64,000 nucleotides of DNA from a virus (IMGVR_UViG_3300028886_000058:32001-96000); one strand, 5' to 3'. Positions 9,088-19,263 are shown, counted from the first letter of the stretch. Program-made: numbers and translations. Notes: generated by a model not told the origin, from the sequence alone.

Positions 9088-9378
9088 TTATTCGCCTTCG
9101 GGTTCAGGTTCAGGTTCGGGTTCGGGTTCAGGTTCCGGCTTCACATGCTGAAGCACTTCACGCTTGATCTTACCGGATTCGATAGTACCAAGTTCAACGG
9201 ATTCAAGTTCGACCTTCATGTTCGGATCGGCAACGTTGATCTCGTTGTTCCACATAGCGCTAACCATCAGCGCATACTGTTTCTCCGCTTCCGCACGGGT
9301 GCCATAGGGGTAGTTCGCGGGAGTCTTCCTCTCGCCATTTTCAACATACTGCCTCTGTACATAATAATTAAGTGCCAT
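9088..9378 (-). CDS. Hypothetical protein with (PE)7 tail
   Basis: Start ATG 9378 after GAAAGGTAGG. C-terminus KPEPEPEPEPEPEPEGE. Confidence 0.6.
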   Translation of the reverse strand: MALNYYVQRQYVENGERKTPANYPYGTRAEAEKQYALMVSAMWNNEINVADPNMKVELESVELGTIESGKIKREVLQHVKPEPEPEPEPEPEPEGE

Positions 9379-9404
9379 AATAGTATACCTACCTTTCATT
9401 TATT

Positions 9405-10343
9405 TTAGTCATCATATCTGATGCCATATAATTTTAAGTTAGCACCAGATGGGATTAACGATTTGCCTGTTCCGCTTTGGTATATACGTAAAGATGTTAT
9501 ATATTCAGCAATGTAACTATCTTTAGTCATCATTTGAAGATTCTGTGAACTTCCTTCTGACGAAGCAGAAATAGTCGTTGCTGAGATTGGAGCATTTGGA
9601 ATTGCCTCAACATTGACCCTTGCTGACAAGGTTGACGATGCTGTTACATATGTTATAGATGGAGCACTTGTTGATCCACCATTACCTTGTTGATTTGCAT
9701 AGCCAACTTTAATGTAAAAACTATCTTTGGTTCCTGTTGTAGACGGTCCGGATGTAAATATTGCAACTAATTTGCGAAGCTTGAAAGGCATCTCAAATTG
9801 ATCTTCATCAACACGTATTTCTGTCGAATCTTCAGAAACAGTTACATCATTTATAAGTTCCCATTTCGTATTAGGAATTCCAAGCATCTTACGAATTGCT
9901 TTCAATGCTTCGTCAGTGTACTCGCCTACTTCGTTGGAAGAAGCAGATTGGGTAGCATCACCGGCGGCTTTAGCCAAACCATAGAAAGCGGACTTATGCT
10001 GACTACTTGGCGTAACCGCCACATAAGGCCAAGACCCGTTTTTAATTTGTGTATCAGACGGAGGTTGAAGGACAATATGACGGTTTGTCATATAATGCCC
10101 ATAAGTAGGATTGACGATTACAACCCCGGCTTTGCTTTGCGTTGCTGCGGTTATTTTTGCAACGCCGTTTTCAAGCACGGAAGTGCCGTCAACCAGCACA
10201 TCTTCAACCGGATATTCTTGCGGGGTTACATACAGATCGTCCGGAGAATAATTGACAGTAACGCCGTCAACCGTGATTGTTCCGTTTGCAAAAAGCTGTT
10301 GAGCCTGTGCATTAGTAAGATAAACCACTTTTTGTAAACTCAT
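9405..10343 (-). CDS. Fibre-tip-like protein, paralogue of 14780..15676
   Basis: DVLVDGTSV and FYGLAKAAGDATQSASSN modules, then KMLG...WELI and a distinct C-terminal domain. ATGA overlap at 10340-10343. Confidence 0.6.
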   Translation of the reverse strand: MSLQKVVYLTNAQAQQLFANGTITVDGVTVNYSPDDLYVTPQEYPVEDVLVDGTSVLENGVAKITAATQSKAGVVIVNPTYGHYMTNRHIVLQPPSDTQIKNGSWPYVAVTPSSQHKSAFYGLAKAAGDATQSASSNEVGEYTDEALKAIRKMLGIPNTKWELINDVTVSEDSTEIRVDEDQFEMPFKLRKLVAIFTSGPSTTGTKDSFYIKVGYANQQGNGGSTSAPSITYVTASSTLSARVNVEAIPNAPISATTISASSEGSSQNLQMMTKDSYIAEYITSLRIYQSGTGKSLIPSGANLKLYGIRYDD

Positions 10344-11494
10344 GCTACTGTCCACCCCTTTGCTGTTGCTACTGCAAGTTCTGATGAAGATAATTTTGCT
10401 TCGGAAATATTGCTTAAAGTAAGCGTTTTTCCAGATACTTCTCCAAGTTTTGCAATTATTCCATTAACAAGACTATCATGGCTTAAACTAACGCACGCTG
10501 CCAAATTTATTGATTCGACTATATTATCTCCCAAATAGCAATCTTCAAGAGCATAGCAAGAACTAAACATTGCTCCTGTACTCGTACATTCAGACATATC
10601 ACATCCAGACATATCTAAAGATTTTAATAGTCTACAACCAGAAAATGTGTAATACGTGCTAGTGATTTTAAGTCCATCGGTACGAATGCTTATACTTTTA
10701 ACGTTTTGGTTATCCTGAAAAGTTTGCCCCAATGTTATACTACCAGTTGTACTTGACAAGCCATCAATATTTATAGACTTTGAACTTCTGCTTCCAAATG
10801 TTCTGCCATTAACAGATTTAATATTTTTCGCAACAATATCTATATTATCCCCATTAATGCCGCAACTACCACTATTTATTAATCGCCCAGCATTTTCAAA
10901 ATCTCCATCATTGATGATTATAGATTTCAAGTTAGGGCAAGGAGCAAATCCGTAGCCTATAGACATAAGAGGTGAAATATATAATCTTGCCCGTTCAAGC
11001 ATAATAGTGGATATTCCACCGCTGCCATTTGAATATAAATCAATAGCAGTAGCTGAATATGTTTTTCCATACATCCATAGACATGGTTGATTACTACCAT
11101 TATTATTGCTTGTATTATACATTTTTTTTGCAGCATTTGTTGCGAAACAAAATTGTCCGTTATTCAAATTAGACAATTTTACAACAGCATATTTACAATC
11201 ATCTGGTAAGCTTACAAACACATTAGGACTGGAACGTTCAATTGTAGAGTCATCGAATTCTGATAAAACCCCATTCTTATACGATGCAACAGATAGACTT
11301 GCTGTAGAATAACCGCCAACTGAGAATCCAGCATGCTTAACTTCGGTCTCACAATCATATAAGAAATAAATGCATGCTTCATTACCAGACGGAAGAGGCA
11401 AAGCTTCAATATCTGGCCAATCTTCAGGCTTAACCCATACATTAGGATCAGTCTTTGTCACGACACCAACCGGACTATTCCCAAGATATATCAT
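10340..11494 (-). CDS. BspA/DUF285-like leucine-rich-repeat protein
   Basis: W.KP.DWPDI N-terminus. Repeats TFSGCRLLKSLDMS..D.S..TS...MFSSCYAL. C-terminus A.AKGWTV. Confidence 0.6.
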   Translation of the reverse strand: MIYLGNSPVGVVTKTDPNVWVKPEDWPDIEALPLPSGNEACIYFLYDCETEVKHAGFSVGGYSTASLSVASYKNGVLSEFDDSTIERSSPNVFVSLPDDCKYAVVKLSNLNNGQFCFATNAAKKMYNTSNNNGSNQPCLWMYGKTYSATAIDLYSNGSGGISTIMLERARLYISPLMSIGYGFAPCPNLKSIIINDGDFENAGRLINSGSCGINGDNIDIVAKNIKSVNGRTFGSRSSKSINIDGLSSTTGSITLGQTFQDNQNVKSISIRTDGLKITSTYYTFSGCRLLKSLDMSGCDMSECTSTGAMFSSCYALEDCYLGDNIVESINLAACVSLSHDSLVNGIIAKLGEVSGKTLTLSNISEAKLSSSELAVATAKGWTVA

Positions 11495-14400
11495 GCCAAT
11501 CTCACCACCTCTACGTTGTGGATGCCAATCATGCTCTGAATAGCGGCTTTAGCGTCATCGGTGTATGTTCCCACAGGATTGGAGCTTGCAGATTGTGTGC
11601 TATCTCCTGCCGCCTTTGCAAGTCCGTAAAATGTTGCATTGTGCTGATTTGACGGAACAATCGGCATATTCGTATTTGCCCCGGCTTTTATTCGATCGTC
11701 TGTTGCCTTTGCCGTTGCAATGACTCCTTCATTGCCAGAGGATGTCATTATCAGAATTCCTGTAGCCCCCGTATTTGTTGGGTGCTGTCGAACAACCCCT
11801 AATGCGGACAAACTCGCAATCGGAATATTTGCAACACCAGACGAAACAACGCTCGTACCATTCACCTGTACGTCCCCAACCTTACCAGATAATGCCGTAT
11901 TCATTTCGGCAACTGTCGGTACGGAGTATTCGGCTACGTCATCGTTGTTAATCCATAGCTTATTCTCTTCTTCAGTAGGCTCGGTATCAGAAACGATAAC
12001 CACATTGGATGCTTCTTCGGTGGAAGGAACATCGAGCATGGACTGGATAGCGGTTTTAGCGCCATCTGTGTAAGTACCGACAGGGTTGGAAGATTCGCTT
12101 TGTGTTGAATCGCCACTCGCTTTTGCAAGCCCATAGAAAACAGAAATGTCTTGGTTATACGGAGTGATTGAACGATTATTTGAATTCCCTGTTTTAAGCG
12201 TTGCGTCATTTCTATTTGCGCCTTGCACAGATAGAATTCCGCTCGACGACATTGCTAATCCATTTCCTATATAAGCAACACCGGGAGTCGAACTGCTCGC
12301 AATTGGAATATTCGCCACACCATTACTGACGATGCTTGTACCATTGATCTGAATATCAGTGGGATTTTTGAAACTTATACTCCAGTCTTGCTGTCCCATA
12401 AATGAAGCTTTTGTAAGAACAACATCGCTGAATCCAACATTGCTCAAACCAGAACCAATAGAGTAAAGATCGATAGATCTTCCCATGAACATTATAAGTG
12501 ACCCGACATTCGGAACTGTTTCTATCATGTATAATGGCAACTCAACGCGCATTCCAGCAATATCTGCAACGGCTCTTATTTTTTCTCCATTATCATGAGC
12601 ATTCACGATATCGGAGTCAGTTGTATCACATGTAACCGTATAAGGGTCAGTCTCTTCTTGACCTGGCGCAGTAATAGTTTTATTTGTTATAACAGTAAAC
12701 GTCACTTCAAGTCCGGGTTTATCTTCCTTGGTTGCAAGAGCAGTGTCTACATAATTTTTCGTAGTAGCATCTCCGGAATCAGTTGGCTCTCCAAGATATG
12801 ATATTCTTTTGGAATACGCGATAAATGAAGAGTTTCTATCAAGCATGTCTGTTGCTATAGTTTGATAGAAATAAACTTCCCAAGTTGCACTTGAAGTATT
12901 GCCAAATACTCTTATGAAAACTGGAGCGTCTTCTGGGCTATATGTCGAATCCGCCATAATAGTAGTAACTTGCCCACTTTGACTAAAAAGTAAACGCGCA
13001 GGTAAGGCTGTTTGACCGTATAGAGAAAAGAACGCTTCTACCTTCTTATTATTGGCATACGCTTGTGCAAGTTCTGCTTGAGTTTTGTCACACGACACAG
13101 TAAAAGCAGGAGTCTGCGATGACAAATCCGGAGTAAATGTGAATATCGCCGTAAGATCAGCTTTATCTTCCTTTGTCGCAAGAGCCGTGTCAACATAACC
13201 TTTATTGGCAGCGTCTGCGGAATTAGTCGGATTTGCAAGCTGCGTAATTTTCATGTTCTCTGCTGAATAAACGCCATTCGCAGATAGCATTGGTCTAAAT
13301 TGTATCGCAGGTATAGTTTCACTCCCGGAAGAATGCATCAAAACAATGTGTATAATTCCTTCAAAACCTATCGTTGCACTAACAGCGCACAAATATATAT
13401 CAGGGCGTGGGTTCAATATCATTGGTTGTGCATTAACTCGTAGCCTGTCAGCAACTATAACAGCTTCTATTGTTTTCCCACTGCTATATGCTTGTCCAAT
13501 TTCTTCGATAGTTTTATCGCAAGTTGCTGTATCCGTTCCAGTAATAGTATATGTTGCTATTAGATCGGGTTTGTCTTCTTTTCCATCAAGTGCGGAAGAG
13601 ATAGTTGTCTGAATGCAATTTGTATTCGGAAGTATATAATCATTTACAGCAATATTAGAAGTTGCCTTATAAAGCTTGTTATCATAAATGAAAATATCCC
13701 CAATAGCATATGCGTTGTCAGAAGTATTATCTTCTTCTATAGTTGCAATCATTGCATTGCTGTTTGAAGCAATTGTTTTTAATTCATTTCCAACAGTGAC
13801 TTCGTTCCATTTTGATGAATTAAAAGCTTCGAAAGCAGCGATATCCGTATTTGCTTTATAAAATTTATTTTCATTTATACAATAGTCTCCAGCTTTAACC
13901 GGGAAAAGACCAGTATTAAAAGCGTATGTTTTAGCGAAAAGTCTTAAAATATCTAATTGTGTTTTCTCTCGACTTATGCTTCCATCGCTATTATAACCTA
14001 AGGATATTGTTGAAAAACCGCCTTCCATTGAAGCTGTTTTTACAAAACTTACCATGCTCGGAAGGACAGCCATAAGCTCAAGTCCCATCCCCATGCCCGG
14101 GGCAACTTGAACTATGCACCCATCACATTTTCCATTTGAAGCAGCATCATAAACTTCTTGGAAAGTTAAATTACATACATATTCACCAAGATTAGATCCT
14201 GGAGAGAACACAGGTGTGATATGAAGTTCCGTTTTATCCGCTTTAGAGCTGATGTCAACTTCAGTACTACCAATCATTTCCCATGAATTATTTACATAAA
14301 TGTATTCATCGTAAATATCATGAGTGTCCGGAATCTTAGGCACAAAATAGATAGTATGCGTTTTGATATTTTGTGTCGGAAGTTCCTGCACGATCTGAAC

Positions 14401-14757
14401 ATCGAATGAATTAATATCTTCAAGCACAGAGGATATCTTATTAGCAGACCATGTTTTATTTAGCCCATTAGAATTATCATCAATAATTCTCGTGGCATAG
14501 TCGGACATCTCGTCATCAACACTAGTGGATGCCCAATGGGTATTATCCCATTCTTCAGACGATGGGATATCCACGGTTGCTCTATATAAACCGCCGTCAT
14601 AAATACACAGCGTTCCTCTATTTACTGGAAAAGTAACGTCTTCGTATTTTGGAGCGATTATACTATATAAATCATCTCCTACTTGATTTAAAGAGATAAA
14701 TTCCCCAGTAATGGGATTTTTGTATTTCAGTACCCCAGTTTTAATTGATACTGGCAT
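11491..14757 (-). CDS. Modular tail fibre protein, 1088 aa
   Basis: Three short aromatic modules (YDGGLYRA..WD..HW type), IVQELP...IYFV...YDEYIY...WE.IG module, four CDxT/CNLT domains, two D.Q.NGTS.V+FYGLAKA modules. Confidence 0.7.
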   Translation of the reverse strand: MPVSIKTGVLKYKNPITGEFISLNQVGDDLYSIIAPKYEDVTFPVNRGTLCIYDGGLYRATVDIPSSEEWDNTHWASTSVDDEMSDYATRIIDDNSNGLNKTWSANKISSVLEDINSFDVQIVQELPTQNIKTHTIYFVPKIPDTHDIYDEYIYVNNSWEMIGSTEVDISSKADKTELHITPVFSPGSNLGEYVCNLTFQEVYDAASNGKCDGCIVQVAPGMGMGLELMAVLPSMVSFVKTASMEGGFSTISLGYNSDGSISREKTQLDILRLFAKTYAFNTGLFPVKAGDYCINENKFYKANTDIAAFEAFNSSKWNEVTVGNELKTIASNSNAMIATIEEDNTSDNAYAIGDIFIYDNKLYKATSNIAVNDYILPNTNCIQTTISSALDGKEDKPDLIATYTITGTDTATCDKTIEEIGQAYSSGKTIEAVIVADRLRVNAQPMILNPRPDIYLCAVSATIGFEGIIHIVLMHSSGSETIPAIQFRPMLSANGVYSAENMKITQLANPTNSADAANKGYVDTALATKEDKADLTAIFTFTPDLSSQTPAFTVSCDKTQAELAQAYANNKKVEAFFSLYGQTALPARLLFSQSGQVTTIMADSTYSPEDAPVFIRVFGNTSSATWEVYFYQTIATDMLDRNSSFIAYSKRISYLGEPTDSGDATTKNYVDTALATKEDKPGLEVTFTVITNKTITAPGQEETDPYTVTCDTTDSDIVNAHDNGEKIRAVADIAGMRVELPLYMIETVPNVGSLIMFMGRSIDLYSIGSGLSNVGFSDVVLTKASFMGQQDWSISFKNPTDIQINGTSIVSNGVANIPIASSSTPGVAYIGNGLAMSSSGILSVQGANRNDATLKTGNSNNRSITPYNQDISVFYGLAKASGDSTQSESSNPVGTYTDGAKTAIQSMLDVPSTEEASNVVIVSDTEPTEEENKLWINNDDVAEYSVPTVAEMNTALSGKVGDVQVNGTSVVSSGVANIPIASLSALGVVRQHPTNTGATGILIMTSSGNEGVIATAKATDDRIKAGANTNMPIVPSNQHNATFYGLAKAAGDSTQSASSNPVGTYTDDAKAAIQSMIGIHNVEVVRLA

Positions 14758-14779
14758 ATAATCTCTCCTTTCTAATTAA

Positions 14780-15676
14780 TTATTCCCATTTACGTTTACC
14801 AAATAGATAATAGTTGCATGTTCCTTTTACAGCATCAATCCTTATTTTTGTATAAGTTTTCTTTGTTAATTGCCACTGTGAATTCATTCCGGGCTCAAAC
14901 GCATTGTTTGCAAGAATTGATGGAGAATTTCCGCTTGTATTTCCGTTCGTATAATGTCTTATAATCATTCCGCCCTCTTGTATAATCTCAGCTGTACCAC
15001 CTTTTGCAGTTCCCCCAGGAGCTTGTGTCCATGCTGAAATATAGCAAGCATCATTTGCATTATCGTCATAGTAAAATTTAATTCTTCCATACGCCCCAAT
15101 GCTTGCTTCATTATCCTGTTGCGGAAGAGATATCATAATTCGACAATCTGTTAATTCAAAAGGAGAACCGTTATTATCCGTTGAAATATCAAAATACGTT
15201 TCAGTTTCATTTGTGAACGTACCATTCTTTATCAATTCCCACGGAGCTTCATATAGTCCAAGCATCTTCTGAATAGCAATTTTAGCTTCATCAGTAAACT
15301 CACCAACAGAATTAGATGAGTTCTTCATGTCTGCTCCAGCGAGCTTTGCGAGGGCGTAAAAAACCGATTCGTGCTGATTGTATGGGCAAATTACATCATA
15401 TGAGTTTTCTCCACTTTTAATTAATGAAGAAGTCGCTTTTTTTGTAAAAATTTGACCATTTGAATTTACTTGTATCCCACTATTGCTTGGCTTAACTACA
15501 CCAAGTATATTGCTTGTAGCCATTGGTACATTCGCCACATTATCCGTAACAACACTTGTCCCATTCACCTGCACATCTGTAACATGTGCAGTATCTCCGA
15601 CAGCATTAACTTCTACATAGTCTCCGGTATCGGGGTCTTTGTAGTTAATAACCGCTGATTTAATTGTTAAGGGCAT
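14780..15676 (-). CDS. Fibre-tip-like protein, paralogue of 9405..10343
   Basis: N-terminus shared with 11491 (MP..IK..V..YK.P.TG). DVQVNGTSV and FYALAKLAG modules, then KMLG...WELI. Confidence 0.6.
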   Translation of the reverse strand: MPLTIKSAVINYKDPDTGDYVEVNAVGDTAHVTDVQVNGTSVVTDNVANVPMATSNILGVVKPSNSGIQVNSNGQIFTKKATSSLIKSGENSYDVICPYNQHESVFYALAKLAGADMKNSSNSVGEFTDEAKIAIQKMLGLYEAPWELIKNGTFTNETETYFDISTDNNGSPFELTDCRIMISLPQQDNEASIGAYGRIKFYYDDNANDACYISAWTQAPGGTAKGGTAEIIQEGGMIIRHYTNGNTSGNSPSILANNAFEPGMNSQWQLTKKTYTKIRIDAVKGTCNYYLFGKRKWE

Positions 15677-15689
15677 ACGACCCCTCCTT

Positions 15690-15947
15690 TCAAAAATTCA
15701 AATCAAAAAACATCTCTATGTCAGTAGAGACGCTGTCTTCATTTTCGCCTTTAGTAGTAACAGTCACTTTATCGCCTTGAAGGATGTTTAACATTATCAT
15801 TCCCATAAGGTTCATTACATTAGCACTATTCGTGCCTTTAGTGACCACAACCTTGCATTTAGATTCGGAAACTATGCCTTGTAAGTCCATGATAGGTCTA
15901 ACGTGTATCCCTCTCGGATTACGGATAGTATAGTCAAACGTCCTCAT
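15690..15947 (-). CDS. ptsH: HPr-family phosphocarrier protein (PTS)
   Basis: 85 aa. GIHVRP with His exactly at position 15 and Arg17. L...QGD.VTVT..G..E pattern. Residue 46 is Asn, not Ser. Confidence 0.8.
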   Translation of the reverse strand: MRTFDYTIRNPRGIHVRPIMDLQGIVSESKCKVVVTKGTNSANVMNLMGMIMLNILQGDKVTVTTKGENEDSVSTDIEMFFDLNF

Positions 15948-16089
15948 CGTCTTTCTCTTCTTCTTCTTCTTTGATTATCAGTTTTTCACGATCACGTATC
16001 CACGCTTCACGAATAAACTGCCTCATTTCTTCCGTAAGTCTTCCTTTCCTTACGGTATTCATAACAGCCATGTATTCTTTCTCTGTCAT
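15934..16089 (-). CDS. Small hypothetical protein, 51 aa (not in ORF track)
   Basis: MTEKEYMAVMNTVRKGRLTEEMRQFIREAWIRDREKLIIKEEEEEKDDEDV. ATGA overlap with the upstream stop codon. Confidence 0.5.
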   Translation of the reverse strand: MTEKEYMAVMNTVRKGRLTEEMRQFIREAWIRDREKLIIKEEEEEKDDEDV

Positions 16090-17003
16090 GACGCTACCCC
16101 CAAATCTGTGTAAATGGCAATGCCACCGATTATTTCCACTTCGTACATATGACCTGCTTGAAGAGTTTTATCTCCAACGCTTATAATGTTATCTATACCG
16201 TTGATAGTAATAGAAGTGACCGAACTTGAAGGACATGAGAACAGGAATTTGTAGACAGTATTTTCCGGAGTAAGGCTCTCACTCGCTGTATAAAGTGTCA
16301 AAGTAATAGATTGCTTCTCGCCAAACATCTTTATAAATGGGTATGGATACAGTCCTGCTGTAATTGTTGTTCCACCATGCCGTGATATATAAGGCGTTCC
16401 CTGTGTATTCATTGACATCATCGTTGGATAGAATTCTTCTGGATAACCATGTTCTTCATCAGCAGCATAACAAATGACACTTATAACAAGTAAGTTGACA
16501 TAGGTTTGGATATCCGGGTTTGTACTTTGGAATACAATTCTATCATCAACATAAAACGTTGCCTGTATAATAAAAGGTAATGTTTTTTCTGCTCCGGGAT
16601 ATTGCGAAAAGGGATTAAGTATGGCGTAAGAACATTTTCCTGCACGAATTGCTTCCAGTATCTCATTGAATGTTAGATTACATTCAAGTTCATAGTTTTC
16701 GTTTTCTGTAAAAACAGGGACTACTATCGAGTCTCCCCAGACGGGATTGAGATTATCGTCAAGCTTGAGAATTTGTCCGCTTGTACCCATAGCAGATGGA
16801 GCATCTTGCTTTGTTTGGAACTCTCGGTATGTTGGAACTTCGTAGTCTTCACCAGTTTCATCAGTATCAATCCAAAGTTTAGTGGTTGAAGTCTGTGGCT
16901 CACTATTCCCAACAACAACTTGGCTTTCTGCTCGTCCACGGAGGTCGTCATACAGGAGCATGCCGTCTCCGAGATTCATGTTTTTATTTACTTGTACGCT
17001 CAT
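16086..17003 (-). CDS. Fibre-associated protein
   Basis: N-terminal L.DG..LY.DL motif shared with 2993, EP.....LWID motif, G..GQ.L.LD.NLNPVW module, one CNLT domain. Confidence 0.55.
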   Translation of the reverse strand: MSVQVNKNMNLGDGMLLYDDLRGRAESQVVVGNSEPQTSTTKLWIDTDETGEDYEVPTYREFQTKQDAPSAMGTSGQILKLDDNLNPVWGDSIVVPVFTENENYELECNLTFNEILEAIRAGKCSYAILNPFSQYPGAEKTLPFIIQATFYVDDRIVFQSTNPDIQTYVNLLVISVICYAADEEHGYPEEFYPTMMSMNTQGTPYISRHGGTTITAGLYPYPFIKMFGEKQSITLTLYTASESLTPENTVYKFLFSCPSSSVTSITINGIDNIISVGDKTLQAGHMYEVEIIGGIAIYTDLGVAS

Positions 17004-18697
17004 GCTCCCACCCTCGTTTCATATTCATCTATAATTGCCTGTGTCTCTTGAAGTGTCGCAACTTCAGGGACATCTTCCATAGTCGCAAGTTTAGTTCCGC
17101 CAGTAAAGTCATTGTTACAATTAACATATACATCACCAGTGAAAAGTCCATTGCCTGTTAATTCAGGATTGGCTTTAGGAGCTTTCAAATCAAATTCGCT
17201 TGTTAACTTATCTGCAGACCAAGTAAGAGTTGTGATTCCAGCTCCAGTAGTGTCGTCTATTATTCCTTCGCTAGGAATATATACACCGGTAAGCCATCCA
17301 GGCATAAAAGTTACACCAACTATTGAGATGTCATGCGGACCCTGTCTCTCATATATTTTACCAAAAAACGCAACAGTGTATTGGTTTACATCAAAAGAAG
17401 TCGCCGAAATACTAGATAGTTCTGTTGAAATTGTTGCCATACCATCCGAATACGTTGCAATTGCTTTTATGGTTTTTCCCTCGTTATATGCATTCCAAAC
17501 TTCAACAAGTGTTTTGTCACATGTTGTCGGATAAGACCCATGTTCATTGTCGTACGTAATACTAAAAGTGACTATAAATGGAGAGTCTTCTTTTCCAGCA
17601 AGAGCTGTGTCTATATATCCTTTTGTAGCTGCATCAGATGAAACTGTCGGAGCAGAAAGAGATGTAATTTTCTTATTTTCAGCAGAGAAGTTTCCACCAT
17701 CTATACTCGTTATTTGTCTAGCTGGTCTTACGATCCACGTATTATTTGGTGCACCAACGATACTAATATCAATTGCATAATCATCAAAAAATCTTCCAGT
17801 AACAATAGCCATATACATGGTAACTGTGCCACCCTGAGGATCTGGAAACTCATTAGACATCACATACAGTCCAGGTAGCTCAATTTGCATTTTTGGTAAG
17901 TCTTGATCGATTTCTAATTGCGCTATTGCTTTTATCTTTTTCCCTGAAAAAAAAGCTTCGCCAATTTCTGTAATTGTTTTATCTGCTGTTGCGGTAAGTG
18001 CATTACCATCTTGAACAAGTTCAAACGTAACAACAAGATCTGGTATATCTTCTTTTGTGTTTAATCTTGTTACTAAGTTATCTGCTGACCATGTTTTATT
18101 TAAAACACCAGTATCAGCTGTATCGTCTATTAAGTCTGTATATTCAGGATCTTTAATTGATGCAGTAGTAGTACCATTAACATCGGTAATGGAAATAGTA
18201 GTTACTTTGTCTTCTTTGGTTACTGTAGCAATAGGAGAGAAGCCGTCAAACTCACCTGACTCTTTAGCTTCTTCCAACGCTTCATTAATCGTATGCGGAA
18301 TATCTGCTAATGCAGCTTCCGCTCTTGTAATCCAGTCATCTATTGGATCAGGTATTTCACCAGATGGTAAAATACTTTTAAGAACTCTGTATTGTCCAAC
18401 ATATGACTTGACTACAACTTCGTCTTCAACAAAAGACAGTTGAAGCTCACCTTTTCCTTCATGAATCAAGTCCGAGTTTGTTACATCCCAGACTACTTCA
18501 TCCCCGTCTCTGGTTACAATAGTAGGGTAGGGTTCGCCTTCTGGAGGCTGAACTGTTAATGTAGCGAGAGCGTCGGGGTATTCTTCGAATATTTTTAGAC
18601 AGTCTATTCGAACCTGTGTGTGCAGATTTTCACCAGCAAAGCCTACGGGGATAGTAGCTTTAGCCAAGTCTGCAAGCCGTATGCTAACGGATCTCAT
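17000..18697 (-). CDS. Fibre/baseplate-upper (BppU-like N-terminus) protein
   Basis: G..GEN..T.V.ID N-terminus, AKESGEFDG motif, two KED.P domains, two WSAD modules. Confidence 0.6.
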   Translation of the reverse strand: MRSVSIRLADLAKATIPVGFAGENLHTQVRIDCLKIFEEYPDALATLTVQPPEGEPYPTIVTRDGDEVVWDVTNSDLIHEGKGELQLSFVEDEVVVKSYVGQYRVLKSILPSGEIPDPIDDWITRAEAALADIPHTINEALEEAKESGEFDGFSPIATVTKEDKVTTISITDVNGTTTASIKDPEYTDLIDDTADTGVLNKTWSADNLVTRLNTKEDIPDLVVTFELVQDGNALTATADKTITEIGEAFFSGKKIKAIAQLEIDQDLPKMQIELPGLYVMSNEFPDPQGGTVTMYMAIVTGRFFDDYAIDISIVGAPNNTWIVRPARQITSIDGGNFSAENKKITSLSAPTVSSDAATKGYIDTALAGKEDSPFIVTFSITYDNEHGSYPTTCDKTLVEVWNAYNEGKTIKAIATYSDGMATISTELSSISATSFDVNQYTVAFFGKIYERQGPHDISIVGVTFMPGWLTGVYIPSEGIIDDTTGAGITTLTWSADKLTSEFDLKAPKANPELTGNGLFTGDVYVNCNNDFTGGTKLATMEDVPEVATLQETQAIIDEYETRVGA

Positions 18698-18719
18698 AGT
18701 CTCTCACTTCCCCTTTAGT

Positions 18720-18962
18720 TTACATGTTATTCAATTGATTTATTATTACATTAGGGTCTTTGCCCTTTTGTTTTGCCATGTCGTAAAATAACTGTTTAGC
18801 ATTTCCACCGTTTTGATTTATATAATTTAAAACTTGTCCTAACTGTGAATTATTTTGCGCCAGAGACATAAGTAAAGCGCCCGGGTTTTGAGCATTCCGG
18901 ACGCTTTTAAACATGTTCATTATGCTGTTTCCGCTAAATAGCTGGTTAATTATTGGGTTCAT
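18720..18962 (-). CDS. Small N/Q/M-rich hypothetical protein
   Basis: 80 aa, NPGALL...GGNAKQLFY..AKQKG.DP..II. Overlaps the upstream gene. Confidence 0.65.
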   Translation of the reverse strand: MNPIINQLFSGNSIMNMFKSVRNAQNPGALLMSLAQNNSQLGQVLNYINQNGGNAKQLFYDMAKQKGKDPNVIINQLNNM

Positions 18963-19263
18963 CGAGCAACGCCTCCTCTAAACTTTTCAGTCGTTTATCG
19001 ATAGATGCAAAACGTTCATCCATTCTCATTTCGACAGTTGGTTCAGGAGTGTGTAAAGAAATATCATAAGGAGTCTTAGTTTTATATCCAGCGCCATCAG
19101 TTTGAACAAACCATATAATAGGAGCAGTTTCATCTAATAATAAGACATCGCTGTTTGGTGCCATCTGAAATGCATCAACACCTTGTTCACCGCTTACTCT
19201 GATAATGTGCATCTGCTGTGCTGGCATTTGCATAGCCATTGCATATGGGTTATTCATAATCAT
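18946..19263 (-). CDS. Hypothetical protein
   Basis: 105 aa, IRVSGEQGV.AF.MAPNS.VLLLD...I.FV.TD..G pattern recalled from clostridial phages. Confidence 0.65.
   Translation of the reverse strand: MIMNNPYAMAMQMPAQQMHIIRVSGEQGVDAFQMAPNSDVLLLDETAPIIWFVQTDGAGYKTKTPYDISLHTPEPTVEMRMDERFASIDKRLKSLEEALLDEPNN

Noticed and set aside
9094-9140. Hexamer tandem repeat as a regulatory or contingency locus
   Set aside because: It encodes an in-frame Pro-Glu tail with synonymous variation.
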